From: Mobula hypostoma
Lineage: Eukaryota
Assembly: GCF_963921235.1 (NCBI RefSeq)
Contig: NC_086097.1
Coordinates: 222,520,001 to 222,584,000 of the forward strand
Direction: 5' to 3'
Length of the DNA stretch: 64,000 nt
The notes beneath the pieces were generated by a model. The model was not told where the DNA came from, searched no databases, and was given only the letters and a program-made list of their open reading frames with translations. Each line of letters starts with the position of its first letter. Within the stretch, counting starts at the first letter, position 1. Both the position numbers and the translations under genes were made by a program. Of this stretch, positions 49,250-63,194 are shown piece by piece.

Positions 49250-49889
49250 GACGGAGTTCGTATCGCTGTCGCTGTTGGAGTGAATGATTTGGAGAAGAAT
49301 CAATGCCGAAGAGTTTCGATGCCCATCCACCTAACCTGGGTGTGAGGTTGAATCGGTCCAGGTGCCGAGACGATTAGGTGAGATCGAGAATGGCTCCAGG
49401 CTGTGTGGCCTTGGTGTGTCACTGTGCCAGGGTCTAGGTCCTAGAGTGAGGCACTGTCTGGTGCTTGGACAATTAAAACGCCGGCCCAGACAGATTGGAA
49501 AGCCCAAGTGTCAGGACTGGAGGCGAGGGTCAGGCTGATTTTCCTCACTCTCCCATGATATTCATACCTCTCTCCGGTGGCTGTTGTCTCTGCAAGTTTC
49601 GCAGCGTTTTTGCCCCGCTGATATGATGAACCAAGATCGAGACTCGGGCCTACTCTGACTGCTCCAGTGAGCAGATCTATGGAGCCACTCTGGTTCGGAA
49701 TGTTGTTATTTGCATATGTTGTTTGCATGATATGTGGGGGGAGGGTTCTGCTTTCTCTGCGCAGTGGTTATGGTCTTTTTTAATTGGCTTCTTCAGGCTT
49801 TTTGCTTTGTGGCTGCCTGAACGCAAACAAATGTCAAGGTGTATCATTTATACACTCTTTGATAATAAATGCACTTTGAATCTTTGAAG
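49250..49889 (+). mobile_element. Non-coding interspersed repeat with Rex1-like 3' tail
   Basis: GC-richer body ending TTTGATAATAAATGCACTTTGAATCTTTGAA. Confidence 0.45.
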
Positions 49890-49919
49890 TTAACTGCAAG
49901 ACAGAAAGCAGAACAATTG

Positions 49920-50945
49920 CTGTGGGAAACTATTCACGGTATGGTATTCCACAAGGACCAAGCTACAATTACTTCTGGTCACAAATTATGATTACTTAGA
50001 GTGAAGAACTAAAAACTACTATTTCCAAATTTGTAGATAATACCATATTAGGATGCAGAGTTAGCACTGAGACAGACTGCAAAAATTATAGGAGGGCGTT
50101 AATAAACTTGCAGAATGAACAAAGAACTAAAATGAAAAGAAATTATTTTTGATAAATTTCTTCCTGATAAATTTTGATAGGAGGAATAAGAGCCGTTTAT
50201 TTCAGAAGTGTAAGTCTAGGTAAGGTGGAGAATAAAAGAGATTGCAAATACAAATGCACAAGTTAGGAAGGATACTCATTTAAACACTGAACTGATTCCA
50301 CAAGCTACAGACTCGCCTTCTCGGACTCTACAACTCATGTTCTCAGTTTTTTTTTATTATTTGCATGATTTGGGTTCTTTTGCACATTTGTTGTTTGTAA
50401 ATCTTTGTTTATGTATAGTTTTTCATCAACTCTATTGTATTACTTTATTTTCCTGGAAATGCCTGCAAGGCAATAAATTTCTTTTGAATTTTGGGCTTTG
50501 AATATAAAATAAAGCAAACCAGAGCACTTTAAGGTTTTTTTCTAGAGGAATAGAATTTGAAATTGGAGGAGGGAAATGTATCTGAGAGATTGGCAGGAGG
50601 TGGGAGATAGAAGAGAGAGAAAGGTGTGTAGGGATTGTGGGCTACATAAAACTGGAAAACTCTGTATTCATGCCATTAGGTTGTATACTACCCAGGTGAA
50701 AAATGAGTTGATGTTCTTCAAGTTTGCATTCATTCCACATGCTGGCAATTGAATGACAGGTCAGTGTTGAAATGGGAAGGGGAGTTGAAATGTCATACAA
50801 CTGGGGGCAGAGTGTAGGCGCTTTGCAAAAGTTGCTCTTTGCTTAGTATTTCCTGTATAGAGGAGGCAATATCAAGAGCACTGAATGCAAAAGAGAAGTT
50901 TGGAGGAAGAGTGTGTGAATTTTTGTCTGACTTGTAAGGACTGTT
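49920..50945. mobile_element. Cluster of very old CR1 (+), Rex1 3' UTR (+) and Penelope (-) remnants
   Basis: TCCAAATTTGTAGATAATACC (SKFxDD-like), the Rex UTR block GGACTCTACAACTCATGTTCTCAG, and Penelope-like TTCATGCCATTAGGTTGTATACTACCCAG. Confidence 0.55.
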
Positions 50946-51214
50946 TCCTCTGTGATAAGATCTAAGGAATGGACAATATCTGACCTGATGGCTTTAAAGG
51001 TGAAATCAAATGATAGTATGACTTCGTCACCAGTTTCTTCTTGGTCATCAGCTGCTTGATCAACTGTTCTTGGGAACCCACAATGATATGAGACGTAGTT
51101 TGATTCCACAAGAACAGAAAAAGTACATCCAATGTTTCTTATTCCTTTAAATGATGAACACAGTCAAAAAAAGGAGAAAGGCTTGAGGGAGAGAGGGGAA
51201 GTATATGTACAGAA

Positions 51215-51465
51215 GTTGTTTGGAGTACTGCACAGACGCAATACAAGCATTCCCACGCAGGTCTGGAAAAGGGCTTTAGAAAGCAGGAAGTTTTTCGACA
51301 GGAGCCGTTGATTGGAGTACAGCCGAGACACAACATAAATGTTCCTGTGCAGCTCTGGCGAAGCTTTTTGGTGGGAATCGTTGATTGGAGTACTGTGCAG
51401 ACGCAACAGAAGCGTTCCGGTGCAGCTCCAGCGAAGAGCTTGAAAAACACGGTCTCTATAAAAGG
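51215..51465 (+). promoter_or_regulatory. Putative CR1 5' promoter: three repeated TTGGAGTAC...GAC(G/A)CAA modules (two with inverted CCAAT) and a TATA box
   Basis: Modules at about 51220, 51307 and 51380; ATTGG at 51311 and 51384; TATAAAA at 51457-51463. Confidence 0.4.
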
Positions 51466-52697
51466 GAGGTATCTCCTAGTGGAGTGGTCATCGTTGGAGC
51501 AGTCTGAGGCAGAGTAGAAAGGCTTAGGTTCAATCAGGCTTCGGCAAGAACAGGTGGAGGTAAGGTAAATAGGCGAGTTCATTTATTATTTCTTATTTAA
51601 ATCTTGAAAGAATAGGGGGTAGGTCTGCAAAGCCAGTGCTCTGCTCTGGGTGTTAGATGTAGGGTTTTCTGGAAGACTTTCAGCCTCTCCGATGACAACA
51701 TCTGCATCAGATGCATCAAGATGCAGCTCCTTAGAGTGCATGTTGGGAACTGGAGCTGCAGCTCGATGACCTTCGGCTTGTTAGAGAAAGGGAAGCAGTG
51801 ATAGACAGGAGCTACAGGGATATAATGACCCCAAGGCTGCAAGAGAGAGATAAATGGGTGACTGTCAGGAGAGGAAAGGGAGAATATCAGATAGTAGAGA
51901 GCACCCCTGTGGCTGTCCCCCTCAACAATACGTACTGTATTTTGAGCACTGTTGGGGAACAACCGTCTGGCACTGAGTCTGGCCCTGTAACTCAGAAGGG
52001 GAGGGAACTGAAGAGGATGGCAACAATAATAGGGGACTCTATAGTCAGGTGATTCTGTGGACACAAAAAGAAAACATGGATGTAGTTTGCCTCCCAGTTG
52101 CCAAGGTCCGAGATGTTTCTGGACGTGTCTACAATATCCTGAAAAGGGAGGGTGAGCAGCTAGAAGTTGTGGTACATATTGGTAGCATGACATAGGTAGA
52201 AAAAAGGAGGAGGTCCTAAAAAAAGAATACAAGCATTTGGGAAGGAAGCTGAGAAGCAGGACCTCGAGGGTAGAAATCTAGGGATTTTTGCCTGTGCCAC
52301 ATGACACTGAGGATAAGAATAGAATGAGGTGGCAGAAAGATGCGTAGCTGAAGAACTGACAGGGGGCATGGACTCAGATTTCTGGATAATTGAGACCTCT
52401 TCTGTGGCAGGTGGGACCTGTACAAAAGGGATGGATATCGCTTGAATCCGAGGGGGAGCAATATTCTTGCGGGCAGGTTTACTAGAGCTGTAGGGAGTGG
52501 TTTAAACTAATTTGGCAGGGGGATGGAAAACAGTATGATAGAACTGAGGATGAGCCAGCAGATTTACAAGTAGATGATGGATGTAACATGAATGTAAGGA
52601 AGAACAAGACAATGGTTGGGTACAAATGCAGACAGAGCAAAGAGTCAAATTGTACCATAGTCAAAATTCAAAAGGGCAAAGAATGCAAGAATGCAAA

Positions 52698-55600
52698 GAA
52701 TCAGATAGTAGAGAGCACCCCTGTGGCCATCCCCCTCAGTAATCACTATCTCATTTTGGATGCTGTTGAGGAGGGTGAGCTGAAAGGGGATGACCACAGT
52801 GATCAGGTTTCTGGCATTGAGCGTGGTTCCGTGATGAAGAAGGGAGAGAAGAAGAAGAGGAATGCGGTCGTCATAGGGAATTTCATAGTGAGGGGAACAG
52901 ACAGGAGGTTCTGTCAGCCTGACAGAGATACCTACATGGTGTGTTGCCTCCCAGGTGCCAGGGTACGGGATGTCTCGGATCAGGTGCAGAGTATTCTGAT
53001 GGGAGAGGTTGAAGAGCCAGAAGTCTTGGTACAGGTTGGTACCAATGACATTGGTAGAAAAAGGGAGGAGGTCCTGAAGAGAGAATTCAGAGAGTTGGGT
53101 AGGAAACTGAAAAGCAGGACCTCCAGGGTAGTAATCTCAGGATTGCTGCCTGTGCCACGTGCTAACAAGCGCAAGAATAGCATGATCAGGCATATTAATA
53201 CGTGGCTGAGAGACTGTTGTAGGGGTCAGGGCTTCGGGTTCCTGGATCACTGGGGCCTCTTCTAGGGGAGGTATGACCTGGGCAAAAAGGATGGGTTACA
53301 CCTGAACCCAAAAGGGGTCCAATATCCTTGCAGGTAGATTTAATAGAGCTGTTGGGAGAGTTTAAATTAATTTGGCAGCAGGGTGGGAACCAGAGTGATA
53401 GGGCAGAGGAAGGAGGAAACAGAAATAAATCATAGATAGTGTGCAACAGAGATGATAGAAAGGACAGGCAGGAGATGAGGCATAATCACAGCCAGTGGGA
53501 TGACTTACAGGGCAATAGAGGTGTGCTGCAGTTAAAACAGAAAACAACAAATACTGGACTGAAAGTATTTGAATGCATGCAGTATAAGAAATAAAATGGA
53601 CGATCTTAAAATTCAGCTATAGATTGGCAAGTATGACGTTGTGGCCATCTCTGAAACTTGGCTAAAGGATGGCTGCCTTTGACAACTGAAAGTTCAAGGG
53701 TATATGGTGTATCGGAAAGATAGGTGAAAAGGCAGAGGGGGTGGTGTCGCCCTGTATATAAGAAATAATATTAAATCATTAGAAAGGGATGACATAGGAT
53801 TGGAAGGTGTAGAGTCTCTATGGGTTGACGTAAGAAATGGCAAGGGTAAAAGGACCCTAATGACAATTGTATACAGACCTCCGCACAGCAGCCGGGATGT
53901 GGATTACAAATTACAGCAGGAGATAGAAATGGCATGTCAGAAGGGCAATGTAATAATAATCGTTGGGGATTTTAACATGACAGTAGATTGGGAAAACCAG
54001 GCCAGTACCGGACCTCAAGAGAGAGAATTTGTAGAATGTCTAAGGGATGGCTTTTTACAGCAGCCTGTTGTTGAGCCCATTAGGGGATCAGCTGTGCTGG
54101 ATGGGGTGTTGTGCAATGATTCGGAGATGATAAGAGAGCTTAAGGTTAAGGAACCCTTGGGGAACAGTGATCACAATATGATCGAGTTCACTTTGAAATT
54201 TGAGAAGGAGAAACTAAATTCCAATGTGTTGGTATTTCATTGGAATAAAGGAAATTACAATGGTATGAGAGGGGAACTGGCCAAGGTTGACTGGAAAGGG
54301 ACACTAGCAGGAAGGACAGCATAGCAGCAATGGCTAGAGTTTCTGCGAAAAATGAGGGAAGTGCAAGACAGATATATTCCAAATAAGAAGAAATTTTTGA
54401 ATGGAAGAAGGACACTAGCGTGGCTGACAAGTGAAGTCAAAGCCAAAGCGCATATAAAGAAGCCAAAGCTAGTGGGAAGATAGAGGATTGGGAAGCTTTT
54501 AAAAACTTGCAGTAGGAAACTAAGAAGATCATTAGGAAGGAAAAGATGAATTATGAAAGGAAGCTGGCGACTAATATCAAAGAAGGTACTAAATGCTTTT
54601 TTAAATATATAACTGGTAAAAGAGAGTTGACGGTAGATATAGGAACAATAGAAAATGACGCTGGAAATATTGTAATGAGAGATGCAGGGATGGCAACGGA
54701 ACTGAATACATATTTCGCATCAGTCTTCACAGTGGAAGACATCTGCAGTATACCGGATATTCAAGAGTATCAGGGAAGTAAAGTGAAAATTACGACTGAG
54801 AAGGTGCTCAGGAAGCGTAATGGTCTGAGAGTGGATAAATCTCCTGGACCTAATGGACTGCACCCTTGATCTCTGAAGGAAGTAGCTGGAGAGATTGCGG
54901 AGGCATTAACAATGATCTTCCAGGAATTAATAGATTCTGTCATTGTACCCGATGACTGGAAAATTGCAAATGTTACTCCGCTGTTTAAGAAGGGTGGGAG
55001 GCAGCAGAAGGGAAACTATAGACTGTTAGCTTGACATCAGTGGTTGGGAAGTTGTTGGAATCGATTGTTGGGGATGAGATTATGGAGGTGCATGACAAGA
55101 TAGACCAAAGCCAGCATGGTTTCCTGAAAGGAAAATCCTGCCTGACTAACCTGCTGCAATTTTTTGAGGAAATTACAAGCAAGGGTAGACAAAGGAGATG
55201 CAGTTGATCAGGTGTACTTGGATTCAGAAGGCCTTGACCAAGCACATGAGGCTGCTTAGCAAGATAAGAGCCCATAGAATTACTGGGAAGTTACTAGCAT
55301 GGGTGGAGCATTGGCTGATCAGCAGAAAACAGAGAGTGCTAATAGAGGGATCCTATTCTGGCTGGCTGCCAATTACCAGTGGAGTTCCACAGGGGTCAGT
55401 GTTGGGACCACTGCTTTTTACAGTGTATGTCAATGATTTGGACTATGGGATTAATGGATTTGTGGCTAAATTTGCCGATGATACATAGATAGGTGGAAGA
55501 GTGGGTAGTGTTGAGACAACAGAGAGCCTACAGAGAGCTAGATAGTTTAGGGGAATGGGCAAAGTGGCAAATGAAATACCATGTTGGAAAGTGTATGGTC

Positions 55601-56394
55601 ACGCACTTTGGTGGAAGAAGTAAACGGGCAGACTACTTTTAGATGGGGAGAGATTTCAAAATGCAGAGATGCAAAGGGACTTGGGAGTCCTTGTGCAGGA
55701 TACCCTAAAGTTAACCTCCAGGTTGAGTCGGTTGTGAAGAAGGCGAATACAATGTTGGCATTCATTTCTAGAGGTATAGAATATAACAGCAGGAATGTTT
55801 TTTTGATGCTCTATAAGGCACTCGTGAGACCACTCTTGGAGTATTGTGTGCAGTTTTGGGCTCCTTATTTTAGAAAGGATATATTCACATTAGAGAGGGT
55901 TCACAGAAGATTCATGAGAATGATTCCAGGAATGAAAGGGTTACTGTATGAGGAACGTCTGGCAGCTCTTAGGCTCTATTCCCTTGAGTTCAGGAAAATG
56001 AGGGGGGATCTCATTGAAACATGCCGAATGTTAAAAGCGTGGATGGATTAGATATGGCAAAGTTATTTCCCATGGTAGAGGAGTCTCGGACAAGAAGGCA
56101 TGACTTCAGGATTGAAGGATGTCCATTTAGAACAGAGATGCAGAGAAATTACTTTACTCAGAGAGTGGTAAATCTGTGGAATTTGTTTTCACGAGCAGCT
56201 GTGGAGGCCAAGACATTGGGTGCATTTAAAGCAGACAAAGATAGTTTCTTGATTAGCCAGGGCATCAAAGGATATGGGGAGAAAGCAGGGGAGTGTGGTT
56301 GACTGGAAGAATTAGATCAGCCCATGATTGATTGACAGAGCAGTCTCAATGGGCCGAATGGCCTACATCTGTTCCTATACCTTATGGTCTTATG
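52698..56394 (+). mobile_element. Nested CR1 LINE (ORF1 SGNH-esterase domain + ORF2 + tail)
   Basis: VIGNFIVRG, CCLPGARVRD and VGTNDIG (SGNH), IVGDFN and SDHNMI (APE), GVPQGSVLGPLLF and AKFADDT (RT); tail CTTATGGTCTTATGG. Confidence 0.92.
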
Positions 56395-59300
56395 GGCTGC
56401 AGGTGCTGTATTTTAATGAACGTAGCATTTGGAATGAGATGGACAAACAAATAGAGCAATTACAGATTGGTTGGTATGATGTTGTGGGCTTCACTGAGTC
56501 ATGCCTGAAAGAAGGCCATAATGGGCATTTAACATCAAAAGATATACTTTGTATCAAAAGGACAGGCAGGAAGGCATAGGCGGTGGTGTGGTTCTGTTGG
56601 TAAGAGATGGAATTACATCTTGAGAAAGAGGTGACATAGGGTTAGGGAATGTTGAGTCTTTGTGCATGTAGTTAAGAAGCTGTAAAGGTGAAAAAAAAAA
56701 CATTATGGGGATCATACATAGGCCTCCAAATAGAAACCAAGATGTGTGGTTGAAATTGCATAGGAAGCTGGAAAGGGCATGTAATAAGGGTAGGGAATAC
56801 AATTGTAATGTGGGACTTCAATATACAGGGGCATTGGGAAAATCAAGTTGGCGTTATATGCAAGAGAGGGAATTTGTTGAATGCCTTCAAGATGGCTTTT
56901 TAGTGCAGCTTGTGCTTAAGCCTACTCAGGGAAAGGCTATCTTAGATTAGGTGTTGTGTAATAATCCAGATCTTATTAGGGAGCTTAATATAATGGAACA
57001 TCTAGGAGGCACTGATCATAGTATAATTGAATTCATACTGCACTTTGAGAGGGAGAGGCGTAACTCACATGTATTAGTACCACAATGGAAAAAGGGAATT
57101 ACAGAGGCATGAGAGTGGAACTTGCCCTGGGGATTGGAGAAGGATACTGGCAGGGATGACAGCAGACCACAGATGGCTGAAGTTTTTGGGAATAGTTCAC
57201 AAGGCACAGGATAGTTATATCCCATAGAAGAAGAAGTTCTCAAATGGCAGGGGTAGTCAACTGTGACCAACAAGAGTAATTAAAGACTGCGTAAAAGCCA
57301 AGGAAAGGGCATAAAAGGTAGCAAAAGTGAGTGGGAAGTTGGATGTTTGGGAAGCATTTAAAATCCAACTAAAGGAAACTAAAAGAGCTATAAGAAGGGA
57401 AAAGATTAAATATGAGGGCAAACCAGCCAATAATATAAAGGAGGATACCAAAAGTTTTTTTTCAGTTACATAAAGAGTAAAAGGGAGGTGAGTTTGGACA
57501 ACTGGAAAATGATGCTGGTGAGGTAGTAATGGGCGACAAAGAAATGGCAGATGAACTTAATAGGTATTTTGTATCTGTCTTCAGTGCGGAAGACACTAGC
57601 AGTGTGCCAGAGGTCCATGAGTGTCAAGGAGCAGGAGTGAATGCCATTGCTATTACAAAGGAAAAAGTGCTAGGCAAACCCAAAGGTCTTAAGGTGGATA
57701 AGTCTTTGGGACTCTATCACAGAGGCCTGAGCGAGGTTGCTGAAAAGATAACGGATGCATTGGTCATGATCTTTCAAGAATCACTTGATTCTGGCCTGGT
57801 CCTGAGGACTGGAAGATTGCAATTGTCATTCCATTATTTTAGAAGGGAGGAAGCAAAAGAAAGGAAATTATAGGCCAAATACTCTAACCTCAGTTGGTGG
57901 GAAATTGTTGGAGTCTATTATTAAGGATGTGCCTTTGGGTTACTTGGAGACCAATGATTAAGTAAGTCAAAGTCAGCATGGTTTCTGTAAAGGTAAATCT
58001 TGCCTGACAAATCTGTTTAATTCTTCAAGAAATTAATAAGCAGGGTGGACATAGATGAGGCAGTGGATGTCATTTACAGGTACTTGGATTTTCAGAAGGC
58101 ATTTGATAAGGTGCTACACATGAGGCTGCTTAAAAAGATAAAATCGTATGATGTTACAGGAAAGATACTGGCATGAATAGAGGAATGTCTGATAGGCAGG
58201 AGGCAGCGAGTGGAAATAAATGGGTATTTTCTGGTTGGCTGCCAGCGACTAGTGGTGTTCCTTAGGGGTCAGTACTGGGGCTGCTACTTTTCACACTGTT
58301 TGTCAATGATTTGGATAATGGAATTGATGGCTTTGTGGTCAAGTTTTCATATGATACAAAGATAGGTGGAGGGGTAGGTAGTGCTGAGGAAGCAATGCAA
58401 TATCAGCAGGACTTAGGCAAATTGGAAGAATGGGCAACGAAGTGGCAGATGAATACAGTGCTGGGAACTGGTAAAAGGAACAACAGTGTGGACTATTAGC
58501 TCAATTTGGAGAAGGTTCAAACATCAGAGATGCGTGGAATTCCTCGTGCAAGGTTCCCAGAAGTTTAATTTACAGTTTGAGGCTGTGGTAAAGAAGCCCA
58601 GTATATCGTTGGCATTTATTTCAAGGGGAATAGAATATAAAAGCAAGGAGATAATGCTGAGCCTTTATATGACACTAGTCAGGCCACACTTGGAATATTG
58701 TAAACAGTTTTGGGCCCTATATCTCAGAGAGGATGTATTGTCATTGAAGAAAGTCCACAGGAGGTTCACGAAGATGATTCCAGGAATGAAGGGGTTATAT
58801 GAAAAGCATTTGGCAGCTTTGGGCCTGTACTCACTGGAATTTAGATGAATCTGTTGGCATGTCATTGAAACCTACCGAATTTTGAAAGGACGAGATAGGG
58901 TGGATGTGGAGACGATGTTTCCTATGGTGGGGATATCCAGAACTAGAGGGCACAGCCTCAAAATTGAGGGGCAAACTTTTTAGAACAGAGGTAAGCTAGA
59001 ACATTTTAGCCGTAGTGTAGTGAATGTCCTGCCACAGACAGCAGTGGAGGCCAAGTCCATGGGTATATTTAAGGTGGAAGTCGGTCAGGGCATGAAAGGA
59101 TATGGCGAGAAGACAAGTAAATAGGGTTGAGTGAGATCTGGGATTGGCCATGATGGAATGGCAGAGCAGGCACGATGGGGCAGAATGGCCTAATTCTGCT
59201 CCTATGTCTTATGGTCTTACGTTCAGTGTTCAGTGTCTGGAGAATTGGTAAATTGCCTTAATGCTCATTGGAGTAACAAAGACTTAAGACAGAGTAATAT

Positions 59301-61371
59301 GCAAATTAATCTTTTTTTAAATCTTCATCCCTGATAAATTCCAGTTAAAGCTGAAGTTTTATGTTTTGTGTACAATATGATTTTACCATGTGAATGTAGA
59401 ATTCCTTGTGCAGCAGTTATGTTAGCATTTTTTCTCATTGGCATTGCTCGTGCTATGATATCACTGGAATTATTAGTCATTGAGTTAGAACAACAAATGT
59501 GTTTTTGACACTAATTATTACCTTAGAGGAAACCACACAGCAAAGCAATGAGAGGTTGCCATTTGTTACCATCATAACCTCACATAATTTGAGCTATGGG
59601 CACAAACTAACAATTCCTTGCAAGCTGGAGCATTAAGTGAAGAGCTCAGCTGCTCTTTACAGGTGATGGCTGATGTGTCAGCATGACCATGACTGAAATT
59701 TTAAAAACTAGGATTGTTTCAGGCTACACTTTAGTAGAATTCTAAACAGAAATGCACACAAAAAAGTAGCTCTACAAAATATATATGTAAGTATATTTTC
59801 TTATGCCTCATATTCAATCATGTGCTGCAATACCAAGATACTGATTAATTATTTTATGCTTCGTAACTTATTTTATTGAAAAATACTCATTCTTCCAAGG
59901 TGCATATTTCACTTACATTACTTTGGTTCTCAATGACATTATAAATATTTAATTATATTTTGTAAAAAAAAATGTTGGTGTAAATTCCTCCCAAGCAATG
60001 GACCAAAGTATGAAAATTGTAAAATTTTCATTTCCTTTGAAAAGAGCTATTAACTTTGTAATTCTTCTGTTATTGCTTGGAAAGAGAAAGCAAGGCTTAT
60101 AATAGACTACAGTATATAATACCAGTTTTTTTTTGCATTTGACATGGCCACATGAGGTTTGAAATTAGCCGACTGCATGACCAGATGGCCAAAAGTCCTG
60201 AGGCTGTGAAAGCTCTGTATAAGTACAAGTATTTTCTAACTCAGTTACAGTATAAGGGTCAGCATTGGATTTTTAGTTCAACTTAGGACTTTGCTAATGT
60301 ATGGGGCTTAGCTGCTTAATAGATAAATTCACAGAGTGTTAATAGAGCTTTAATTATTAAAAGAATTAGACAGATCCAAAGGAAGAAAAGATTTGCCACC
60401 ATTATTGTTCAAAGAAGGAGAAATCCACCAAGAGCTGGCTTGATAATGGATATTCTGTAGTAGTGTTAAATGAATGGATCATCTTCACAATATATTCTGT
60501 TGAAAGTAGGGAGGTTCATATACTAGAGAGCTGAGTCAATTATGCCCGACTACTGTCAAAGTCAAAATTACCACTAATGTTCTTTAACATTAAAATCTGT
60601 TATAAAATACTACAAAAAATGGCTAATATTTGAGGCACCTAAAATTTAAAGACTTTTTGAAAATATCTATATAATAGAAAAATATTGGAATCTGTTATAA
60701 AGAGAATAATTAAAGATCATTTAACTACATTACATCAGCAGGTACAAACATGTGATATAACAGAAACAACTTATACTTCACAAATTTATGATTTATCGAC
60801 AAAATGATCAAATTAATATCTTAAAGTCCTTCAAAATTATCAAAGCCATAATAAGACTTGGGAATGAAGTAAGATATTGGCTCTGATATTTACGAGGAGG
60901 CAGGGGGGAGCTGGAGAGTCTGGCAGCTGCCAGGGAACAGAAATACCCTTAACAGCAGGATCTGATTAAAATTTTCTTCCTCCATTTCCTACCTGGCATG
61001 AGTCAGATTGGAATGTCGGCTGCCTGCCAGCTAGGAAAGCCCACAGCACCATAGACTTCTAGGGATAACAGTGATAAAGTTAGGCTTTGAGAGTGAGGAA
61101 AGATACAGGGTAAAAGCATCAATGTGTGGTAATAGTATGCGATCACTCGAGTCGAATATCATGTTCTCCTAAGGGATTGTCTAATAATAGGTACTCAGGT
61201 GGGTGGAGGAGACTGATTCAGGATCCATATATCTGGGATGTTGAGGTGAATTCCCTGTGGAGAATGCCTGTGCGGGAGGCTGATGTACAGGCAGTCCCTA
61301 CACAGTCCTTGACAGGTCGGGTTCACCATCCAGTAGCATGGAATTCAAGATGCCTGGGGATCAATATGCAT

Positions 61372-61680
61372 AAGATTATGAGAGGCATAGGGTGCACAGC
61401 CAGCACCTTTTTCCCAAGGTGGCAATGGTCAATGCCAGAGGACATCCACTTACGGAAGGTGGAGGAGAGTTTCGTAGAGAAGTTAGAGGTAGGGCTTTTT
61501 TTTTACACAGAGTGGTGAGTGATGGCAGAGGCTGATACAATAGGGAGAATTAAAGGACTGTTAGATAGGTACAATGATGGCTATGTAGGATGGAAGGGAG
61601 AAGGTTCATATAGTTTGGTACTACATGATGGGCCAAAGGGCCTGTACTCTTCAATATTGTTCTGTGTCCTGTGTTCCAGT
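61372..61680 (+). mobile_element. CR1 3' fragment (decayed)
   Basis: KIMRGI...FFP...TTTTACACAGAGTGGTG...GATGGGCCAAAGGGCCTGT. Confidence 0.7.
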
Positions 61681-61779
61681 GGATGTGCTCCCAAATTATT
61701 GCTGGGCTGAAATTTTCATGACTTGGATTCAGCAAACAGGAAGGATCAGGGTAGTATATGGGTTGGGAGAAGAATCTAC

Positions 61780-62550
61780 AGGTTACAGTATACCCTCAAG
61801 CCTGCTGTCCTTGTCCTTTCTCCCACAAGATGTTGTGGCATTAGAATTACTGCCACAGTACATTGTGAATCGCTGCAGTGCATTGTATAGATTGTACACT
61901 CTGCAGGCATTGAGCACTGTTGGTGGTCGGGATGGAAGTTAAGGATGGTTGATACGGTGCAAATCAAGCAAGCTGCTTTGTCATGGATAGTACGGAACTT
62001 CTTGAGTGACGTTGGAGCTAGACTCATCCATGTACGTAAGTGGGGAGTAATCTACAACACTCTTGGCTCAGACCTTGTCAATGCTAGAAATATTTTGAAA
62101 TGCCAAGAAGTGACCTGTCATCACAGGATATCTGTCCACTCCCAGATGACGATGGTAGAGAATCGAAAATGGTAAGATCAATCAATACCATAGCTAGGTG
62201 CTTTGTTATCTGCTTCTCGCTTAACGGTATTGCTGCAAGCAGATGTGGACATTAGCTGGAGTCAAACCTTGTTGCCCTGTTTTACCAGAACTACTGCAAG
62301 TCATACTAGTCTAGGCCAGTCATTCTCATTGGTCAATTTGGTGATAAGGTCTCAGGCTTTGTGATCCAGGTGAAACGCAAACTGAGAACTAGGGAGCAGG
62401 TCACTGTAGAGTTTCTGTTAGTCAATAACACTGTAAACATCATTCTTCACTTTGCTTATGATTGAGGGTAAACTGATGAACCAGTACTCAGCTGGATTGG
62501 TTTTGTCCTTTTCTTAGTGAACAAAGCATATGTTTCCAATTTTCTACAGT
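61780..62550 (-). mobile_element. Ancient CR1/L2-group LINE remnant
   Basis: ORF 61776-62027(-) TIHDKAACLI...CTIYTMH resembles a LINE ORF2 C-terminus; weak. Confidence 0.4.
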
Positions 62551-63194
62551 TGTTTAAATGTGCTGGAAAAAGAAAATCAGCACAGATATTCAACCTGTAA
62601 AAAGACCATATATGCCATTTTATTAACGCTACTCATAGTATCCTACTTTAAAATTCCGTTACAAGATTTAATTTGAAGTAAGGTTGTCAAACTGATATAT
62701 TCAATGTGATTAAAAATTTAAAATGTTGAGATCAAATATTTTCTGCAATGGAGAAACAAAATGTGACTCATGTTTACTTTTATTTTATGCTCCATTTTCA
62801 CTTGTAGAACATGGAGCCTGGCTACTAAATTAGCATTCCAATAATGAATTTAGATTCACAATTCTGCAGTGGCTATAACACTAACTGGAACAAATAGCAC
62901 ATTCTCAACATGACAACAAAAATTAATTATGAATACCTTTAATTTTTCCATACAGCGGTCTTTCCGCATTATAAATTTTTATGTTGTAACTACAGCAATT
63001 CTTATACTCTGGATTCACAGGCAACTTTTCTAGTGATGGGAGGTTAAACACTATGAATTACGAAATAATTTGTTCTGAACTCCCCACTTTAGGGCTAACA
63101 GCTTTAATGTCAGATTTTGTGCAATGTTGTATGTTCAGTATGACCACTGGATTCAAAACTAATACAAACTCCTCTTATGAGAAAAAGCAAAAAG

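Larger units (their letters stand above)
51170..59220 (+). mobile_element. Full-length-like CR1 LINE (5' UTR, ORF1 zinc finger/leucine zipper/esterase, ORF2), interrupted at about 52698-56394 by another CR1
   Basis: ORF1 has CxxC pairs at about 51640-51720, WVTVRRGKG and IIGDSIVR. ORF2 resumes at about 56395 (VLYFNERSI) and runs to the tail CCTATGTCTTATGGTCTTA at 59220. Confidence 0.88.
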
